IMG/VR virus record: IMGVR_UViG_3300010366_000011
Location: 29,038-93,037 of that record
Direction: 5' to 3' (one strand)
Length of the DNA: 64,000 nt
Source of the DNA: a virus
Position 1 is the first letter of the stretch, and each line of letters starts with the position of its first letter. The notes beneath the pieces are model-generated. The model was not told the DNA's origin, did no database searches, and saw only the letters and a list, made by a program, of their open reading frames with translations. This document shows, one piece after another, positions 38,706-46,901 of the stretch. The position numbers and the translations under genes were made by a program.

Positions 38706-40394
38706 TTAGAACTCCCCGGCGGCGAAGCTGCGGACGATCTCCGGGAGGCTGGCGTCGAGGCCCACGCAGTGAAGCGTGAGTGGATCGAGGGTGTCACCGA
38801 TGCCTCCGGGGGTCGGCGTGAAGGCGCAGTCAATGAACCTGACCCCGGGTGCCACCTTCTTGCGGAGGCTCTCGAGCGCGATGGCCGGGTGCATCGAGCC
38901 CGCCCAGGTGGCGTTGTCGGTCAAAGCCACGATGGTCTCCGCCGGCAGACCCTCGGCTTCGCACCAGCGCATGGGCACCGAGGCATCGGTTGCCTCCGGT
39001 CGCATGTGGCTCACCGCGGCCACCGCTCCATGGAACCGCATCCGGGGACTGATGGTGAGGGCGATCGGCCTGGTGGTGAAGCCCAACACGAAGTACTCGG
39101 GCTCGGTGCGGGCGATGACCAGCGCCATGGCCGCTGCCGCCTCGGCCGCCGTGATCGGGTAGTCGGCCACCCGGTAGGTGGTCATGGAACCCGACACGTC
39201 GACCGCGATCAAGGTGCGCTTGCCGGTGGGCTCAACCCCAACCATGGCCGCCTCGAAAGCTTCCTCGAGAGCGTCATTGATCTGCTGGACCGGCGTCCAG
39301 GTGAGAGAGCCCCTTACCCCGTGGCCTTGGCCGTAGATCCGCCCGGCGAGTAGGACTGCCATGGGATGCACCCTGGCCTTGCTCAGCCGCTCCGGGCTCG
39401 TCAGCGTGGCCACGGCGCGCTTCAGGCCCTCGCTGAAGGGCTTGACCACTCCCAAGCTGGTGAGCCGTCCCAGGTTGCGAAGCAGCGCCGTCGGCGGCAT
39501 GGACTCGAGAAGGGCTGCCCAGACCTCCGGGCTGTCGTGCAGCTCGGTGGGAACCGTCTCCCAGGGCATCCGGTACACGCTGATGAGCTGGGCAGCGCGC
39601 TTGGGATCCCGGGTCGCCTGCAGCTCCTCAAAGATGCCGATGATCTCCGGGAAGCCCGCCGGCCGGTCGACGCCCGTGTCCGCCTCGCCCTTGCCAGCAG
39701 CCCAGGCAAGCAGGGGAGAGGGCCTGGCGTGGCTCAGGCGGAGCAGATCCCGGTGCGACCAGCCGTTGCGCTGGCGGTACTTCACGAGCTGGTAGGCGAG
39801 AGCGGCATCCTTCCGGCGCTGGATCTCAGCTCCGCCCATCCCGCTCTCGGGGTCGAGCATGCCCTCGTCAAACCCGGGGAGCTGAGGACTCATGGCCCCG
39901 CGGCTGTCGTACCAGGCAGCGATGGCCCGCCGTGCTCCCCGGCCCCATCCACCCATGGCGTCAATCGCAGCGGCGAAGTCAAAGATGTGAGTGCCGATCC
40001 GGCAGACCATGGGCACGGCGCCATAAGCCAGGGTGCGGGTGCGGTCGTCGCCAAGCTTCGCCGCCATGGCGAGGGCGAGGATGGCCGGGTCATTCTTCGG
40101 CGCCCGTCCGGTGTCGCTGATCTCGGCGATGCGCGCTACGGTGCGGGGCCCATCCTGGGCGATGCACCGACGGACCACCGCGGCGTTCTCCAAGGTCAGC
40201 TCCCGCTCACCGCTGTAGTAGGTCCCTCCTGCCGTTCCAAGAATCAGGAACCGGTCGAGCCTAGTCCAATCGTCAACCAGGAAGGTATAGCCGCCGGCCT
40301 CGTTGCGGCCCATGCGGGCCTCACGCCCTGGGATCGGCTGGCTCTGGGGGGTCCGGCGTGGATCGAGGTCTCGAAGGTACTGCTTGACCGCCAT
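38706..40394 (-). CDS. rsr: Ro60/TROVE domain RNA-binding protein (Rsr)
   Basis: NEAGGYTF, RLDRFLILGTAGGTYY, KYRQRNGWSHRDLLRLSH, ALLRNLGRLT, RVHP, vWA MIDAS DVSGSM; ATG 40394 with GGGAGGG SD (562 aa). Confidence 0.95.
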   Translation of the reverse strand: MAVKQYLRDLDPRRTPQSQPIPGREARMGRNEAGGYTFLVDDWTRLDRFLILGTAGGTYYSGERELTLENAAVVRRCIAQDGPRTVARIAEISDTGRAPKNDPAILALAMAAKLGDDRTRTLAYGAVPMVCRIGTHIFDFAAAIDAMGGWGRGARRAIAAWYDSRGAMSPQLPGFDEGMLDPESGMGGAEIQRRKDAALAYQLVKYRQRNGWSHRDLLRLSHARPSPLLAWAAGKGEADTGVDRPAGFPEIIGIFEELQATRDPKRAAQLISVYRMPWETVPTELHDSPEVWAALLESMPPTALLRNLGRLTSLGVVKPFSEGLKRAVATLTSPERLSKARVHPMAVLLAGRIYGQGHGVRGSLTWTPVQQINDALEEAFEAAMVGVEPTGKRTLIAVDVSGSMTTYRVADYPITAAEAAAAMALVIARTEPEYFVLGFTTRPIALTISPRMRFHGAVAAVSHMRPEATDASVPMRWCEAEGLPAETIVALTDNATWAGSMHPAIALESLRKKVAPGVRFIDCAFTPTPGGIGDTLDPLTLHCVGLDASLPEIVRSFAAGEF

Positions 40395-40418
40395 GTGTTC
40401 CCTCCCGGGCTGTAGGGT

Positions 40419-40550
40419 GCCGGATGAGTAGTTGGCATCGGGTTTTGGCGCTCTGGCCGCTGAGCTACAGGGTGCCCCTTGAGGACCCTGGCAGGATTTG
40501 AACCTGCGACCTCCCCATCCAGAGTGGTAACCGACGTCATCCGACCCGGC
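40419..40550 (-). ncRNA. yrlA: YrlA-type Y RNA (tRNA-mimic)
   Basis: Terminal stem GCCGGGUCGGAUGAC.../...ACUCAUCCGGC. It encloses T-arm GCAGG-UUCAAAU-CCUGC, a closed acceptor-like hairpin CAGGGU...ACCCUG, then D-arm UAGCUCAGCGGCCAGAGC (permuted order). Directly upstream of rsr. Confidence 0.88.
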
Positions 40551-40555
40551 TAGAC

Positions 40556-40586
40556 AGTATGTGCATACGTAGGACCGGGCTGTCAA
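40556..40586 (-). promoter_or_regulatory. Promoter for yrlA-rsr
   Basis: TTGACA-19-CATACT, 5 nt before the RNA 5' end. Confidence 0.65.
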
Positions 40587-40621
40587 GGCTTCGGTAGCAG
40601 CGTCAGGCGGTAGAGGGGTAC

Positions 40622-40742
40622 GGGGACCGGATGAGTTGTGGACGTCGGATGGCCCGGTTTCCCGGGTTGCAGGTTCTTGGCCTGCGGGTCTCGGGCATAT
40701 GCCCGTGGCAAGATAACCGACTGATCCTCCGACCCAGTCCCC
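40622..40742 (-). ncRNA. Y RNA-like ncRNA #2
   Basis: GGGGACUGGGUCGGA...GUCGGUUAUC...ACUCAUCCGGUCCCC: same terminal motifs as yrlA, with three internal hairpins. Confidence 0.75.
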
Positions 40743-40757
40743 TACCGGTCTTTGAGT

Positions 40758-40836
40758 GCCGGATGAGTGTTCGGGGTGGGAGAGCCCGAAGGCGTCTCAG
40801 TCCAATGAGATAACCCACTAACCCGTCCGACCCGGC
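40758..40836 (-). ncRNA. Y RNA-like ncRNA #1
   Basis: GCCGGGUCGGA...GUGGGUUAUC...ACUCAUCCGGC; internal UCUCA/UGAGA and GCC-UUCG-GGC hairpins. Confidence 0.75.
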
Positions 40837-40841
40837 CCGGG

Positions 40842-40872
40842 ATTATGGGCATATCCTCCGGCGGGTTGTCAA
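40842..40872 (-). promoter_or_regulatory. Promoter for Y RNAs #1/#2
   Basis: TTGACA-19-CATAAT, 5 nt before the RNA 5' end; same geometry as the yrlA promoter. Confidence 0.65.
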
Positions 40873-41001
40873 GGGTAGCGACCAGCTCACGTCCTGGTTC
40901 CCACGGGGGCTCGCCGCTCACCACCCGTAGCTGCAGGTGCCAGTGGGCATCGAAGATCGCCCCAGGTTCCCAAGGTCCCTCGCCGCTCACCACGGTCAGC
41001 T

Positions 41002-41289
41002 TCATCGCATGATCCGATCCAAGTCCCGCTCAAGCCGGGCCCGGCGAGCCTCCGGTGACCAGTAGCCCTCATCCGGGCCCGGGAGCAGACTTGGCGTCGC
41101 CGGCCCCTGGCTGGCCACGACAGGCTCTTTGCCGGCGTGGGTGGGGCAATGATCTCGAGATGGGTGTTGGTGCGCCCAGCCGTGATCAGCGGCCCAGCGC
41201 CGGGCCTCTATGCGGTCGACGTGATCCGGCGTCCTGGTGTCACAGGTCGGGTGGTCGCAGCGAATCCAGATGTGCTCCTCGACGCTCAC
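41002..41289 (-). CDS. Hypothetical Zn-binding protein
   Basis: IRCDHPTC...GW...DHCPTH; GTGA coupling. Confidence 0.55.
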   Translation of the reverse strand: MSVEEHIWIRCDHPTCDTRTPDHVDRIEARRWAADHGWAHQHPSRDHCPTHAGKEPVVASQGPATPSLLPGPDEGYWSPEARRARLERDLDRIMR

Positions 41290-41732
41290 CGGATCACATC
41301 CGCATAGACGATGGTTACCCGATCATCAAGAAGAGGAGCGATCGCCGGGCCTACCTCCGCCCAAGCGAGCCGGCCATTTCCGCACCCAGGTCTGGTCAGA
41401 AGGATGGCCTCCAACCCCATACGATCCGCCAGATCCATTAGCTCCCCACAGGACCTGCCGATCAGAGCGAGGTCTGCGGGCTGACGCCAATGGTGCTTGA
41501 CCGGGAAGCTGATCAGCATCGGCTCGCCCGGCATAAAGAGATCAACGACGTGGTTCCCGCGACGCCGGATGGATTCGCCAAGGATCTTCGGTAGTCGGGG
41601 GTACCGCTGGGCTGCCTGGGCTGCCGTCCCCCGTCCCATGACCGCGGTCCCATCCTTGCGGGTGGCACCGTTGACCGTGATGCAGCGGGCGTCGCCCGGC
41701 AGCCGCCAGAGGTCCCCGCTGGCTTGCTTCAT
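41286..41732 (-). CDS. Macrodomain (ADP-ribose binding/hydrolase, DarG/TARG1-like) protein
   Basis: GDLW...ITVNG...VMGRGTA...ISFPVKHHW...RPGCGNGRLAW; ATGA coupling. Confidence 0.8.
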   Translation of the reverse strand: MKQASGDLWRLPGDARCITVNGATRKDGTAVMGRGTAAQAAQRYPRLPKILGESIRRRGNHVVDLFMPGEPMLISFPVKHHWRQPADLALIGRSCGELMDLADRMGLEAILLTRPGCGNGRLAWAEVGPAIAPLLDDRVTIVYADVIR

Positions 41733-42028
41733 GCCGGCCATCCTCCCACCGGGTCGTATGCGATACCAAGCTCGCAGCCGTTGTCGACCTCGTCCGGTGT
41801 GGCCTGTCGGCTCGCCCATCCCTGGGTAGCAGCACAGCGCAGGCAGCGCCATTGCTCGCGGCTCCGGTCCCAGCGCCAATGGGTCTCTACTCCGCACGAC
41901 CCACAGGGCTGTACGGCGGGGTGCTCGGACGGAGACCCGGGGATGGCGGGGCCAGGACCGGTGTCGAAGAGGCGAGTAACCAATGAAGACTCCCTTTCCC
42001 TATCCGCGCTTGCTGGGCTTCTCCGCAC
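41729..42028 (-). CDS. Hypothetical Zn-ribbon protein
   Basis: CGSC...CLRC. Confidence 0.45.
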   Translation of the reverse strand: MRRSPASADRERESSLVTRLFDTGPGPAIPGSPSEHPAVQPCGSCGVETHWRWDRSREQWRCLRCAATQGWASRQATPDEVDNGCELGIAYDPVGGWPA

Positions 42029-42245
42029 AGGTCACCCAGTGGTTCAGGTGGAGCGCCTTCCCTGCTCGCTCGTCCTTCGGCACCACTCGGTAAGTCCCCG
42101 CCGTCTCGTTGATCTCTATGTTGCCGTCGGAGCTCGGGCCAACATCGATCGGCGCTGAGATGCCGGTCCTGAGATGGCGAAGCCAGAGCACCGGAGCCCG
42201 GCATCCGTCCTGACGACAATATCCCCGCCTGCTGCGCTGGGTCAC
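42000..42245 (-). CDS. Hypothetical protein
   Basis: CRAPVLW...PIDVGPSSDGNI...HLNHWVTC, a common actinophage-type pattern. Confidence 0.55.
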   Translation of the reverse strand: MTQRSRRGYCRQDGCRAPVLWLRHLRTGISAPIDVGPSSDGNIEINETAGTYRVVPKDERAGKALHLNHWVTCAEKPSKRG

Positions 42246-43903
42246 AGGAGCATTCCCTGGGCTTCGGCCCACGATCTGGCAGTCGCCTTCGCCCATTGCT
42301 TGGGTTGGGCTACTCGCCAGCAGGCAAGGCGAGCATAGTCGGCGCTCAGGTCCAGCCCGACACCGTGGCGGCCGAGGGCCTGGGCAACACCGACGGTCGT
42401 ACCCGTTCCGCAGAAGGGATCGAGAACCACAGCCGGGCGGGATGGGGGCGGGATCCAGCGGTCAAGGTGGTACTCGCGCCACGGGCCAACCTTGGGGCGA
42501 GCGGAATAGTCCTGCTTGCCGCCCCAGTTCTGGCCCTTCGACGCGCTGGCCATACCGTGAGCAATCGCCTCCGCATGACGCATGCCACCATTCCCGCTCC
42601 TTGGATGGTCCGTAAAGGGGGTGCAGGCGCAGGCATAGCCAAGGATGGTGGCCTGCGTGCTACCGACAGGGGCGTTCCCGTTCATCCCGCGAGAGTTTCC
42701 ATTTGGCTCGCTCCCATCACGCTTTCCCGGACAGCGCTGGGTGGTCTCGTGATCCACTTCGAGCCGCTTCTCCACCACCGGTCTCCGCCCCTCGCCGCAG
42801 CGCAGGCAGATGGCAGGAGGGCTCCAACCCAGAATGATCCGACGAGGCAGCTCCGTCGGGAAGGCCGCGAAGTGATCTATGTCGAGCATTGTCATGGGCT
42901 GGGTGACTCCCTGGCGAAGCCTGTCCTCCACCATCCGCCAGAGCGCCACCAGCCCGGGGTAGACGGGATCGAGCGCTTGCGGGTAGTCAAAGAGCCCTCC
43001 CCCCTCATAGCCAACCGGCTTCTTGAGTGTTCCCTTGCGGATCTCCTGCCACTCACCGCCGACCTCCACGAAATAGTCCGGGAGCGACAGCGGCTCGGTG
43101 GCCATGCGCCAGATAGAGCCGGGCAGTTTACCAAGCGGATTGGTCTCACTTGGCCCACCATCACCGGCGCCGCTGGAGTAGATGTCCCGGATCTCGTCCA
43201 CAGCGCTGTAGTAGCTCTCCGATTTGGTCAGGTGGTAGAGGTACTCGAAGTCGTCCCGGGTCCGGTCCTGCACGCTCTCTGGCAACCCGTTCGCCTTTTC
43301 CCAGATCCCCACCTGGCGGGCGATCCAGCCCATGCCGCGGTACTCGGTGCATCCACACTCTAGGCACCCGACCACCCAGTGGTGATCCCCTTGTCGGTGG
43401 GTGCATCGGCAGACCCCCGAGGCCACGCCATCCTCGCAGCCGATGATGAACCGCTCGGGAAGTAGCTGGCGGGACTTGGAACGTCCGAAGGCTGCCTGTT
43501 CGTAGCGGTCGGGCGCGTTGCGCCGGGTGGCCTTGATCTTGTTGGGCGACCCGTCTGCGGCCACTCCACCTCTATGTCCGGTTCCGCTCAACGTCGACTT
43601 CTCTGAGATCCCATCGTTGTTGTGTCCCCCGCTTCCCGACCGCTTGTCGCCCAGGTTGATCCAGACCGAGCCGTCCGGCGTGAGCACCCGCCAGCATTCG
43701 GCCATGACGGTCCACAGCGCCTCAAGATAGAGACTGGGATGGCTCTCGTCGCCCACCTGGCCGCTGTAGTGGCTCTGGCTGTCGAGGTAGCTCCGCAGGG
43801 CGAAGTAGGGGGGGCTGGTCACGATCAGGTGCACCGAGGCGTCGGCCAGCGGGATCCGTAGGGCGTCGCCTCGGAGAATCAGAGTTGCCGGCGTGGGGCT
43901 CAT
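42242..43903 (-). CDS. DNA (N4-cytosine type) methyltransferase with large insertions
   Basis: VTSPPYF, RVLTPDGSVWINLGD, HFAAFPTEL, VLDPFCGTGTT. Confidence 0.9.
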   Translation of the reverse strand: MSPTPATLILRGDALRIPLADASVHLIVTSPPYFALRSYLDSQSHYSGQVGDESHPSLYLEALWTVMAECWRVLTPDGSVWINLGDKRSGSGGHNNDGISEKSTLSGTGHRGGVAADGSPNKIKATRRNAPDRYEQAAFGRSKSRQLLPERFIIGCEDGVASGVCRCTHRQGDHHWVVGCLECGCTEYRGMGWIARQVGIWEKANGLPESVQDRTRDDFEYLYHLTKSESYYSAVDEIRDIYSSGAGDGGPSETNPLGKLPGSIWRMATEPLSLPDYFVEVGGEWQEIRKGTLKKPVGYEGGGLFDYPQALDPVYPGLVALWRMVEDRLRQGVTQPMTMLDIDHFAAFPTELPRRIILGWSPPAICLRCGEGRRPVVEKRLEVDHETTQRCPGKRDGSEPNGNSRGMNGNAPVGSTQATILGYACACTPFTDHPRSGNGGMRHAEAIAHGMASASKGQNWGGKQDYSARPKVGPWREYHLDRWIPPPSRPAVVLDPFCGTGTTVGVAQALGRHGVGLDLSADYARLACWRVAQPKQWAKATARSWAEAQGMLL

Positions 43904-44081
43904 ACCTCGAGGCGGACCTGGTTTCGGGACACGCCGCTCACCTCCTCGGCATGCAGGCTGTCTGGGGCGTGTAGCGGGCACAGCGGATCTTTGGCCTCCT
44001 CCGGCGCAGGGCAGGTGCAGCGCCCGTGGTTCGGACACCAGGTGGCGGCCAGGCCGGTACATCTTGGACGAGGCTCGCGGC

Positions 44082-45266
44082 TCATGAGGGAAACTCACTC
44101 CATACCCGGTCGTCCAACTCACGGCCAGCGGCCTTCCTGCCCACCCGGTACATCGCCGTCAGGTTCGCCCGGTCGTGGTGCGCCCGGGTTGCCTCTCCCC
44201 AACGCGGCCCGTCCGGGTAGCTCAGATCCTCGGCACGGTACAGGGTCCCATCGTCGGCCAAGACGTGGCCATTCCGGAAGTCAAACACCCCGTCGCGCAT
44301 GGGCGCCAGCGGACTCCACTCACCCCATTGCTTAAAGAAATACGGCACCCCCGCGGCCACGCTCTGATCCCGGATTGTCCGTGCCCAGTCAGGATGCATC
44401 GGCCTAGCACCTGAGCCGCTCTCACCACCGACGATCACCCACGAAATCGATGGTGGACTGTCCACGCTTTCCCAGTGCTTGCCATCGGGAGTCAGGCGAG
44501 GAAAGCCAATCCATCGGTCAAGGCGGATCGGCCCGAGCAGCGGCTCGCAGGAGAGGAAGCGCACGGCGGCTGGCGTCTGCAACAACAGGGGGATACGTTG
44601 ATCGGCCCAGCGCTGGTTCTCCACACTGACGCCGAGCCAGACATTCGGAAGTACCGTCGGCCACCATCGTTCACCGTCCATCCAGTCGTACGGCGGATGC
44701 ACGCAGCCCTCGGGCGGATCACCCAAGCTCATGCGCCAGTCAGCGAACATCTTGGCGCGCCCGGAGCCGACTACCGCCTGGGCCTGCTCCAACGTGACAT
44801 CCCCGACCGGCGACGCCTTCGCCGGCTCACCCGGCCTCCACAGCGTGGGGCCGACGTATACCGGCCCTCTATCGGCTAGCTTCTCGAACCACGAGAGCAT
44901 CCGGCGAGGGCGCTTCGTGAGGATCTGGTAGATGTGCTGCGGCGTCTGCGCCATCACGCGCCACACGGCGTAGATGAACCAATCCGGCACGCCGTCGTGG
45001 AATAGGTCACTCATGCTATTGACGAAGATCCGCCGGGGCGTCCAGTGAAACGGCTTCCCCAGCACGTCAGGGTGGATGGTCAACCCAAACCCGGGCCCGC
45101 TTGTCTTCGGATTCCCGTCACACCGGTACCGGGCAGATCCCATCGCCTTGAGGCGCCTGGCGTCCCGCAGCGCGTAGCAGTTGTCACACCCCTCCGACAC
45201 CCGGTCGCAGCCGGTGACGGGATTCCAAGTCGCGTCGGTCCATTCGATCGCGCTCTTGTCACTCAC
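44082..45266 (-). CDS. Phage Gp37/Gp68 (DUF5131) protein
   Basis: IEWTDATWNPVTGCDRVSEGCDNCYA, FVNSMSDLFH, LTKRP, NVWLGVSVEN, FLSCEPLLG, WVIVGGESG, FFKQWG. Confidence 0.92.
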   Translation of the reverse strand: MSDKSAIEWTDATWNPVTGCDRVSEGCDNCYALRDARRLKAMGSARYRCDGNPKTSGPGFGLTIHPDVLGKPFHWTPRRIFVNSMSDLFHDGVPDWFIYAVWRVMAQTPQHIYQILTKRPRRMLSWFEKLADRGPVYVGPTLWRPGEPAKASPVGDVTLEQAQAVVGSGRAKMFADWRMSLGDPPEGCVHPPYDWMDGERWWPTVLPNVWLGVSVENQRWADQRIPLLLQTPAAVRFLSCEPLLGPIRLDRWIGFPRLTPDGKHWESVDSPPSISWVIVGGESGSGARPMHPDWARTIRDQSVAAGVPYFFKQWGEWSPLAPMRDGVFDFRNGHVLADDGTLYRAEDLSYPDGPRWGEATRAHHDRANLTAMYRVGRKAAGRELDDRVWSEFPS

Positions 45267-45610
45267 GGGGGATCTTCCCGCTCCGGTTGTCGTCCGTCCA
45301 GACCTTCCGGGCACCACCTTCTGGAGTAGTGGCCGAGAGCCGCCGGAGAATCATGGGCAAGTCGCTGGGCCGCCACAGCTCGGCGCCGATGGCCTCCGCC
45401 CACTCCCGCCGGGCGAGAGTGCATGACGAGCCAGCCGTTGCGGTGGGCGGCCTCGATGATGGCGCTCTGTAGCTGGGCTTCGGTCATCTCCCGGTCGAGA
45501 AGCTGGCTCCCGGTGAGGCGTGAGCCCCGCCGCGCCGGACGTGATCGAGGTTTGCGTGCCTTGCTGGCAAGCTGGGCCTCGACCACGTCGGCGTCGGTGG
45601 GCTCGTTCAT
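45260..45610 (-). pseudogene. VRR-NUC nuclease remnant with internal deletion and frameshift
   Basis: N-part MTEAQLQSAIIEAAHRNGWLVMHSRP and C-part REWAEAIGAELWRPSDLPMI are in different frames; no PD...ELK core lies between them. Confidence 0.6.
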
Positions 45611-46026
45611 CAGCCGTCGTCCCTTTGCCGGAGCACTTCTCGAAGGATCTCCGGTGGCAGGGTGCGTTCCGGTACCTGGCGGTCGCATTCGCAGAGCCAG
45701 ACTCGACCGTAGCCATCCACGGTGACGAGGTCGATCTCGGACGAGCCGCAGGCAGGACAAGGACCGACCGGAAGAAATGACATGTCGGGCCGATCCCAAT
45801 CAGGTTCCTTCGCCCCATGCTGTCGCTGCCAAGCGATCATGGCCTCGGAGATCCGGCGAGCGTCTGCCACTAGGTGTGGGTCGGAGACCTCATCCGCCCA
45901 GAGCGCGACCATGCCCGGGGCATGGCTGTCTCGGCCGCGCAACAGGAAACAGGGCTCGCCGGTGGCCTCGCAGCCCGCCGCGGTCTTGCTGGCGTAGTCG
46001 GGAGCCCCGTGCTCGGCGTAGCCCAT
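45610..46026 (-). CDS. Hypothetical protein
   Basis: EPCFLLRGRD motif plus a C-terminal Zn ribbon. Confidence 0.6.
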   Translation of the reverse strand: MGYAEHGAPDYASKTAAGCEATGEPCFLLRGRDSHAPGMVALWADEVSDPHLVADARRISEAMIAWQRQHGAKEPDWDRPDMSFLPVGPCPACGSSEIDLVTVDGYGRVWLCECDRQVPERTLPPEILREVLRQRDDG

Positions 46027-46862
46027 CAGGACTCCTGCGGTGCCGGGCCGAGGATGATGACGGGCGCTCCGGCCGCTTCCCTGACCTGCGTGACCGCGGC
46101 CTCGAAGGCTTCGCGCTCGAGGCGGTCAGCGTCGATGACCTTGTACATCAGCTTCAGGGGCGGGCCGATCCGGAATCGGAACATGATCCGCACATCGGTG
46201 AGCGGAGCACCCATGAACATCGGGAGACGAACCACGAAGCTGGCGGGGATCTCCAGAGTGCCAGCCTCACCTGCTGTGGCGTTGACGGTCTCCGCCCACT
46301 TCAGTTGCCGGGCGCCACTCTGGAGCCTGTGGCCCGCGGTCCAGTCCGCCTTGAGGGTGCCCTGTAGTGTCTGGGCGATCTCAAGCATGGTGGCGGCGTC
46401 CGGGTCGACCACCTGGCTTGCCCGATCTTCCAGGATCTCGGCGAACATCTCTTGGGAGAGCGGCCTCTCGTTGAGATCGGGACGGAGCCACTCCTCCCAC
46501 TCCGGCGTCCGCCGCTGGATCATCTTGACTCGGTAGTCCCGCCAGCCTGCAGCGTTGCCCTTGTCATCGTTCAGGACTGCCGCGAGCACCTTCGGGCCGT
46601 CGTCGGCGTAGGCGACCAGAGGATAGGCGCTGTCCTGGCGCTGGGCGAGCGCCAGCATGAAGCTCACCGGGTCATACACCTGGATACTTCCGGTGGGCCG
46701 CTCGGGGTTGGAGCGACGGCTGGTCTCGTCCAGCGTGACCCAACCCGAGCCGGGGACGTAGACGGTCGCCCATCCCGGCCCGCCGAGCACCGGCCCCTGC
46801 TTGACCCCGGCCGCATCGAAGGCCAGGTCCCTCACCGCGTCTGCTTCCACTCTGTCCGTCAT
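46026..46862 (-). CDS. DUF2303 family protein
   Basis: AVLNDD...GWRDYR...TPEWEEW...SQEMFAEILED...IPASFVVRLPMF...FRFRI. Confidence 0.8.
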   Translation of the reverse strand: MTDRVEADAVRDLAFDAAGVKQGPVLGGPGWATVYVPGSGWVTLDETSRRSNPERPTGSIQVYDPVSFMLALAQRQDSAYPLVAYADDGPKVLAAVLNDDKGNAAGWRDYRVKMIQRRTPEWEEWLRPDLNERPLSQEMFAEILEDRASQVVDPDAATMLEIAQTLQGTLKADWTAGHRLQSGARQLKWAETVNATAGEAGTLEIPASFVVRLPMFMGAPLTDVRIMFRFRIGPPLKLMYKVIDADRLEREAFEAAVTQVREAAGAPVIILGPAPQES

Positions 46863-46901
46863 ACCTTTGTCGCTCCCCTCGTGGTTCGGTGGTGCTCGGG
46901 C

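Noticed and set aside
40440-40515. Canonical tRNA gene
   Set aside because: The T-arm precedes the D-arm, and there is no anticodon arm or CCA end; it fits YrlA instead.
40395-40586. 64-aa N-terminal extension of the TROVE ORF in the ORF track
   Set aside because: It starts at the TTG of a -35 box and runs through yrlA; the real start is ATG 40394 with a strong SD.
40419-40836. CRISPR-like repeat-spacer array
   Set aside because: The shared motifs are short paired 5'/3' ends of three RNAs with unequal structured interiors, not direct repeats with spacers.
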